Source: Gammaproteobacteria bacterium
GTDB lineage: Bacteria > Pseudomonadota > Gammaproteobacteria > SZUA-152
Length of the DNA: 64,000 nucleotides
Direction: 5' to 3'
Assembly: GCA_021647505.1 (NCBI GenBank)
Contig: JAKIUN010000002.1
Location: 54,158 to 118,157 of the forward strand
Part shown: one piece after another, positions 60,040 through 64,000 of the stretch
How the letters are laid out: every line of letters begins with the position of its first letter
Position numbering within the stretch: the stretch's first letter is position 1
Notes under the pieces: model-generated
The model's database searches: none
What the model saw: only the letters and a program-made list of their open reading frames with translations
What the model was told of the DNA's origin: nothing
Program-made: the position numbers and the translations under genes

Positions 60040-60211
60040 TTTTGTGGGGAGTCGTCAGCCACAGGCGCCATAACACGTTAAAGCCATGTAGGGTGGGCAC
60101 GTTTTTTGTGCCCACGCGGTTGGCACATATTCCACGTGGGCATGAAAAGCCTGCCCACCCTGCCAGGTTTTTGTGGGGAGCCGTCAGCCACAGGCGCCAT
60201 AACACGTTAAA
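60040..60211. repeat. full copy of REP/MITE-like double-hairpin element bracketed by 43-bp direct repeats
   Basis: ttttgtggggagtcgtcagccacaggcgccataacacgttaaag (60040-60083) + core (98% identical to the 55993-56095 copy) + tttgtggggagccgtcagccacaggcgccataacacgttaaag (60169-60211). Confidence 0.8.
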
Positions 60212-60244
60212 GAATGCAGATCCCGTGCCGACATTTTCTGCATC

Positions 60245-61228
60245 ATGGCGTACAGATGCAGCACAGCCGCCTGTCGGTGCAAAAAAGCGGCCCTCGGCCT
60301 GGTACTGCTGCTGTTATGCCCCCCACCCCTGCTGGCCAACACCCAGCATTTCCAGGCACCGCTCAATGCGGTGAAATGGGAGCCCTCCGCGAGACAAAAG
60401 TCCTCAGCTGGGCAAGAGCCCTCAGCGAGACAGGAGCCCCCCACAGAAAACCTGTACTGCAGCCTCAGCCACGACATCCCCCTTTACGGACGCGCCACCT
60501 TTGCCAAATCCGCAGGCCATGAACTGGGTTTCCGTATGACGACGAAATGGAATATCGGACTCAATGCCAAGCGCGCCCGGCTGCGCGCCATGCCGCCGGA
60601 ATGGCGCCCGCAGGCGACGGGCCAAAACCTGGGAGATATTCGCATACAGCCAGGCAATACACCCTTCCGGCTGGATGAATCCCTGACACGGCGGCTGTTG
60701 ATGGCATTGCAAAACGGCATGGAGGTCTCTTTCACCTACCCTGTCGAGCTTGATGGGCAGGATCACATCAAGGTCTCTTTGCCGGGGGTCAGTTTTCGTC
60801 CGGCGATGGATGTATTTGCTTCCTGCCTGAGCCGGTTGCCGGTATACGACTTTGCCGATTTCAGCGATACCGTGGTGCACTTTGCCGCCGGCACCGATGG
60901 ACTCAGTCCCAAAATCCACAAGCAACTGGATGCTATTGCCAAATACCTGGCCACTGACCCGACAGTGAAAAAAATCATCATCGAGGGCCACACGGATGAC
61001 ATCGGCCAATACCGCGCCAACGATAAGCTGGGACAGCGTCGCAGCTCAGCAATTCGCGACTACCTGTTAGCTATGGGTGTACCAACCGGCAAATTCGAGC
61101 TGCGCTCCTTGGGTGAACGCAGGCCCATCTATACCAACACCACGGATGAAGGCCGAGCCCGTAACCGGCGGGCCCGTATCACCCTAGAACGCAGCAGTGA
61201 CGAGGCAATGCACGTCCACAGTCACTGA
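60245..61228 (+). CDS. motY: sodium-type flagellar motor T-ring protein MotY (OmpA-like C-terminal domain)
   Basis: N-terminal domain matches MotY (F.APL...W...S...CSLSHDIPLYGRATF vs Vibrio Y.ASLDQSHW.L..S.LECTLRHDIPGYG.A.F); C-terminal OmpA/PG-binding motif (IEGHTDDIG..AND.LGQRRS.A…R..NRRA). Confidence 0.65.
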   Translation: MAYRCSTAACRCKKAALGLVLLLLCPPPLLANTQHFQAPLNAVKWEPSARQKSSAGQEPSARQEPPTENLYCSLSHDIPLYGRATFAKSAGHELGFRMTTKWNIGLNAKRARLRAMPPEWRPQATGQNLGDIRIQPGNTPFRLDESLTRRLLMALQNGMEVSFTYPVELDGQDHIKVSLPGVSFRPAMDVFASCLSRLPVYDFADFSDTVVHFAAGTDGLSPKIHKQLDAIAKYLATDPTVKKIIIEGHTDDIGQYRANDKLGQRRSSAIRDYLLAMGVPTGKFELRSLGERRPIYTNTTDEGRARNRRARITLERSSDEAMHVHSH

Positions 61229-61250
61229 CGCGACGAATCGAACGGATACG

Positions 61251-61283
61251 AAAAAGGCCGGGATCAACCGGCCTTGTATATTT
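61251..61283. terminator. bidirectional rho-independent terminator
   Basis: aaaaa-GGCCGG-gatcaa-CCGGCC-ttgtatattt between convergent motY and the SecB-like gene. Confidence 0.6.
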
Positions 61284-61311
61284 CGCGAGAAACGCGGGAA
61301 CACAATAATTT

Positions 61312-61824
61312 TTACACTTCGCCGTCAGCCTCACTCATTTCATCTCTTGGAGGAATGATGTACACAGGCACTTCGAAAGCAGGTGAAAACCCTATCCTTG
61401 CACAAGTAGACTGCACATACTCGCGCCAATACGGCCATACATGATAGCCTACATTATCAGCAGAGAATGCCTTAAGCTCTTCTTCTTTTAACTGACTCTT
61501 AGATAAATATTTAGCTTCAAAGACACCAACGATTTCCAATATCGGTTTGTATTCATCATTGACACTCTCTTCTTTCTCATTCAAAAAGATTAGACGAATA
61601 CCAACGGAGTAAGTAAAACGGTAATCCCAAACATTCTCTCCGCCCTCAGGATCTGTCAATGAAATTTCTTTTATCCTGACAAACGATCTGAAACTCTGTG
61701 CAGCTGTTTCATCTCTATCTAAAGTTGAGGGGTCTATATCATCCCTAACAAATATTTTGCTCTCTTTCAGATTTACCGATTGAATACAAAGATTGTTTTG
61801 AGCTATGTTCAAACAACTATTCAT
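61312..61824 (-). CDS. SecB-like chaperone (third gene of a toxin-antitoxin-chaperone module)
   Basis: 170 aa, low GC; C-terminal region NVGYHVWPYWREYVQSTCARIGFSPAFEVPVYI matches the SecB signature (…YPY.REYV.....R....P..L) including the M. tuberculosis SecB-like TAC chaperone. Confidence 0.55.
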   Translation of the reverse strand: MNSCLNIAQNNLCIQSVNLKESKIFVRDDIDPSTLDRDETAAQSFRSFVRIKEISLTDPEGGENVWDYRFTYSVGIRLIFLNEKEESVNDEYKPILEIVGVFEAKYLSKSQLKEEELKAFSADNVGYHVWPYWREYVQSTCARIGFSPAFEVPVYIIPPRDEMSEADGEV

Positions 61825-61826
61825 AA

Positions 61827-62255
61827 TTAAGCGGCCTGATTCTCCCAGGCCTTAAAATCACGGTAGTCAAATACATTCTCAGACTTACGGATCAATTCGT
61901 CTGTCCTCAGATCAACCTTCTCCGTTACCCAAGAAATTTTACCCGTAGCTTCCAGACTCTCCAGCACGGACTCAACTTGAATAGTAATTTTTGGCTTTAC
62001 ATCCAAGGCAAAACAAATATCAGAGAGAGTTCCTAGAGTCATATTACGAGCACCACCCAAGATTTGAGTGACATAAGAACGAGATTTCCCCAGACGTCGT
62101 GCAAGCTCTTTCTTGTTAACATTCAAATCTTCGAGAGTGACTAAAATATCTTCAGTCACGTTATACACAAGTTCTTCTCGTGCATACACTCTTTCATCTG
62201 CTCTGCTGAACTCTTTATTTTCAGAGAAAAATAAGTTTTTAGCGCTCATCTCCAT
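61827..62255 (-). CDS. XRE-family HTH antitoxin with C-terminal extension (candidate chaperone-addiction region)
   Basis: HTH (LNVNKKELARRLGKSRSYVTQILGGARNMTLGTLSDICFAL) followed by ~60-aa tail; overlaps upstream toxin gene; start chosen at MEMSAKNL (ORF-tool start at 62300 also possible). Confidence 0.55.
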   Translation of the reverse strand: MEMSAKNLFFSENKEFSRADERVYAREELVYNVTEDILVTLEDLNVNKKELARRLGKSRSYVTQILGGARNMTLGTLSDICFALDVKPKITIQVESVLESLEATGKISWVTEKVDLRTDELIRKSENVFDYRDFKAWENQAA

Positions 62256-62658
62256 TCTCCTCGATTCTTCGCCAATTAGCCCCAACCTTGTGCGTATCAC
62301 GTTCTCTCAGATTATCATAATCCTTATAGACATAATGACTGATAAAATACGTATTCTTATACCTCTCCGACAACCAACAATAACCTCGAACAGGTATTCG
62401 TTTCAGGACGTTAAACTTCTTAGCTTTCTGCTGCCCTTTCCTTTTAGGCAGATCACCTTCTTGCGGAAAATTTTCCCTGGACATTCTCTGCCCATCAGAA
62501 AGCCTTTCTATCTGCTGAATGATTCCGCGCGTAAACGACTCACGCCTCCTGGCATCGACTCTATTCAGAGTCTCGCTATAACTTTTCAGTGCTCCCTCAC
62601 AGTGTATGACCGTAAATTTAGACCCGTTGTAGCTGTCCTTGGGTTTGTCGTTTTTCAC
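62239..62658 (-). CDS. putative HigB/Gp49-like (RelE superfamily) toxin
   Basis: Basic 139-aa protein, C-terminal half …KFNVLKRIPVRGYCWLSERYKNTYFISHYVYKDYDNL resembles HigB/Gp49-like toxins; GTG start; first gene of operon with HTH gene. Confidence 0.45.
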   Translation of the reverse strand: MKNDKPKDSYNGSKFTVIHCEGALKSYSETLNRVDARRRESFTRGIIQQIERLSDGQRMSRENFPQEGDLPKRKGQQKAKKFNVLKRIPVRGYCWLSERYKNTYFISHYVYKDYDNLRERDTHKVGANWRRIEENGDER

Positions 62659-62674
62659 TTCGAAACCGAACTAT

Positions 62675-62694
62675 AGTTAATATATATGTTAACT
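62675..62694. promoter_or_regulatory. 20-bp palindrome agttaatatatatgttaact upstream of the toxin gene (candidate antitoxin operator)
   Basis: 19/20 self-complementary, centred 27 bp upstream of the toxin start in an AT-rich promoter region. Confidence 0.45.
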
Positions 62695-62839
62695 GCAATA
62701 TTTTTTCAAATAAATTCGGATGGAATATAGCCATAAAACTATTGCAGCCTTCAAAATATAACTTATTATTCAATGAGTTATATTTTGTCACGAGCGATTA
62801 AATCAAATAACTTTACAGATATATCCCTATAGCTGACTC

Positions 62840-63331
62840 CTAGAACGGAATATCGTCGTCAAAACCACCATCGTCGAAACTACCACTGGACTGGCCGGAA
62901 GACTGACTCTGCCCCTGACTCGGGTTCTGGCCCTGACTCTGGCTTTGCCCCTGGTTTTGCTGCTCCCCGCCAAACTGATTACCACCACCGCCGCCACGAG
63001 CATCCAACATCTGCATCTCATTGGCGATAATCTCGGTGGTATAGCGGTCGTTGCCGCTCTGATCCTGCCATTTTCGGGTCTGTAGCCGGCCCTCGATGTA
63101 GACCTTGGAGCCCTTTTTCAGGTATTCACCGGCGATCTCCGCCAGACGGCGAAAAAACACCACGCGATGCCATTCAGTGCGCTCCTGCATCTCACCGGTA
63201 TTCTTGTCCTTCCAGCTATCGCTGGTGGCCACCGTAACATTGGCCACTGCGCCGCCATTGGGCATGTATTTTACGTCGGGATCCTGACCCAGATTGCCGA
63301 TCAGGATAACCTTGTTGATACCTCGTGCCAT
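62840..63331 (-). CDS. ssb: single-stranded DNA-binding protein
   Basis: OB-fold N-terminus ([43 protein letters not shown]), Gly/Gln-rich linker, acidic tail DDDIPF. Confidence 0.95.
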   Translation of the reverse strand: MARGINKVILIGNLGQDPDVKYMPNGGAVANVTVATSDSWKDKNTGEMQERTEWHRVVFFRRLAEIAGEYLKKGSKVYIEGRLQTRKWQDQSGNDRYTTEIIANEMQMLDARGGGGGNQFGGEQQNQGQSQSQGQNPSQGQSQSSGQSSGSFDDGGFDDDIPF

Positions 63332-63389
63332 TGTTCTCTCCTAATCTGAGTTCATTGTAATCGATATTAATCTGCCGCCACCGACTTGC

Positions 63390-64000
63390 TCACGGCTTTT
63401 CTTCGCCCTCTGCAACGGGCTCATCTTTTTCCGCAAAGGCCCGCAGGGCTTCCCGATCCAGCGCACGCAGATCCACCTTCAGATAGGCAATGCCATCCTC
63501 GGCAAGCACCACCGCCTCGGCAACACCGGTAACCTTGGTGAACTCCCCCACCAGATGGCGTGCCTGCTCTTCGTCGATCTTGCCCACCCGAACCAGGTGA
63601 CTACTGAGATAGCGCGGGCTCTGCATGGTGGCGGCGACACAGAACCACACCACCGCCACGGCGACACAGAAACCGAATACTGCCTCAAAACCACCGATGC
63701 TGTACAACCAACCGCCCAGCACACCGCCAAAAAAGGCGCCCATAAACTGCGAGCTGGAGTAAACACCCATCGCGGTACCCTTGTTGTTGGGCGACACCAT
63801 CTTGGCGATCAATGACGGCAGGGTGGCCTCCAGGGCATTAAAGGCGGTGAAAAAGACAAATAGGCCGATGACGATGCCATACAAGGAATCATGGAAGGTC
63901 ATGAAGATCACTTCGGCCAGCGCCAGTGCTAATACACAGGCGGTAAAAATGGGTTTTATGCGGCGCTTCTTCTCCGCGATAATCACAAAGGGAATCATCA
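63390..64000 (-). CDS. MFS transporter (C-terminal part; N-terminus beyond window end)
   Basis: Polytopic membrane protein with MFS TM7-12-like segments; ORF open to window edge; MFS-ssb adjacency as in Pseudomonas. Confidence 0.75.
   Translation of the reverse strand, partial: MIPFVIIAEKKRRIKPIFTACVLALALAEVIFMTFHDSLYGIVIGLFVFFTAFNALEATLPSLIAKMVSPNNKGTAMGVYSSSQFMGAFFGGVLGGWLYSIGGFEAVFGFCVAVAVVWFCVAATMQSPRYLSSHLVRVGKIDEEQARHLVGEFTKVTGVAEAVVLAEDGIAYLKVDLRALDREALRAFAEKDEPVAEGEEKP

Noticed and set aside
62113-62676. 187-aa plus-strand ORF in the TAC islet
   Set aside because: Antisense to the toxin and antitoxin genes; the minus-strand genes have recognisable HTH and SecB motifs, this frame has none.

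Overview
High-GC gammaproteobacterial chromosome segment with Pseudomonas-like synteny. The core backbone runs ggt(partial)-apaG-mutT/thiE fusion-argJ-secA-M23 peptidase-dciA-lpxC, then a complete division/cell-wall (dcw) cluster on the minus strand (ftsZ, ftsA, ftsQ, ddl, murB, murC, murG, ftsW, murD, mraY, murF, murE, ftsI, ftsL, rsmH, mraZ) with its Pmra promoter and MraZ operator repeats, then rnpB (RNase P RNA). Further along are panC-panB-deoxynucleoside kinase-folK-pcnB, tRNA-Glu(CUC), a pilZ/flgT-like/motY trio, ssb and a partial MFS transporter. Accessory material sits between these blocks: (i) an IS3 remnant with a ParE/RelE-type toxin-antitoxin pair and an unknown membrane protein; (ii) a serpin-family lipoprotein divergent from a MacAB-like ABC efflux system with split FtsX permeases; (iii) a lower-GC hydrolase islet with a poly-G/(GT)n tract and an IS200/RAYT-like transposase remnant; (iv) a bcsG-bcs(R)Q-bcsA-bcsB-bcsZ-bcsC cellulose locus bracketed by a duplicated 27-bp copy of the panC 3' end (att-like) and preceded by two tandem iteron-like repeat arrays; (v) a low-GC toxin/HTH-antitoxin/SecB-like-chaperone (TAC) module between motY and ssb. 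A REP/MITE-like double-hairpin repeat family occurs in at least four copies; the two full copies are each bracketed by unusually long (25-43 bp) direct duplications. Several large six-frame ORFs antisense to the dcw genes, and those overlapping rnpB, are spurious.
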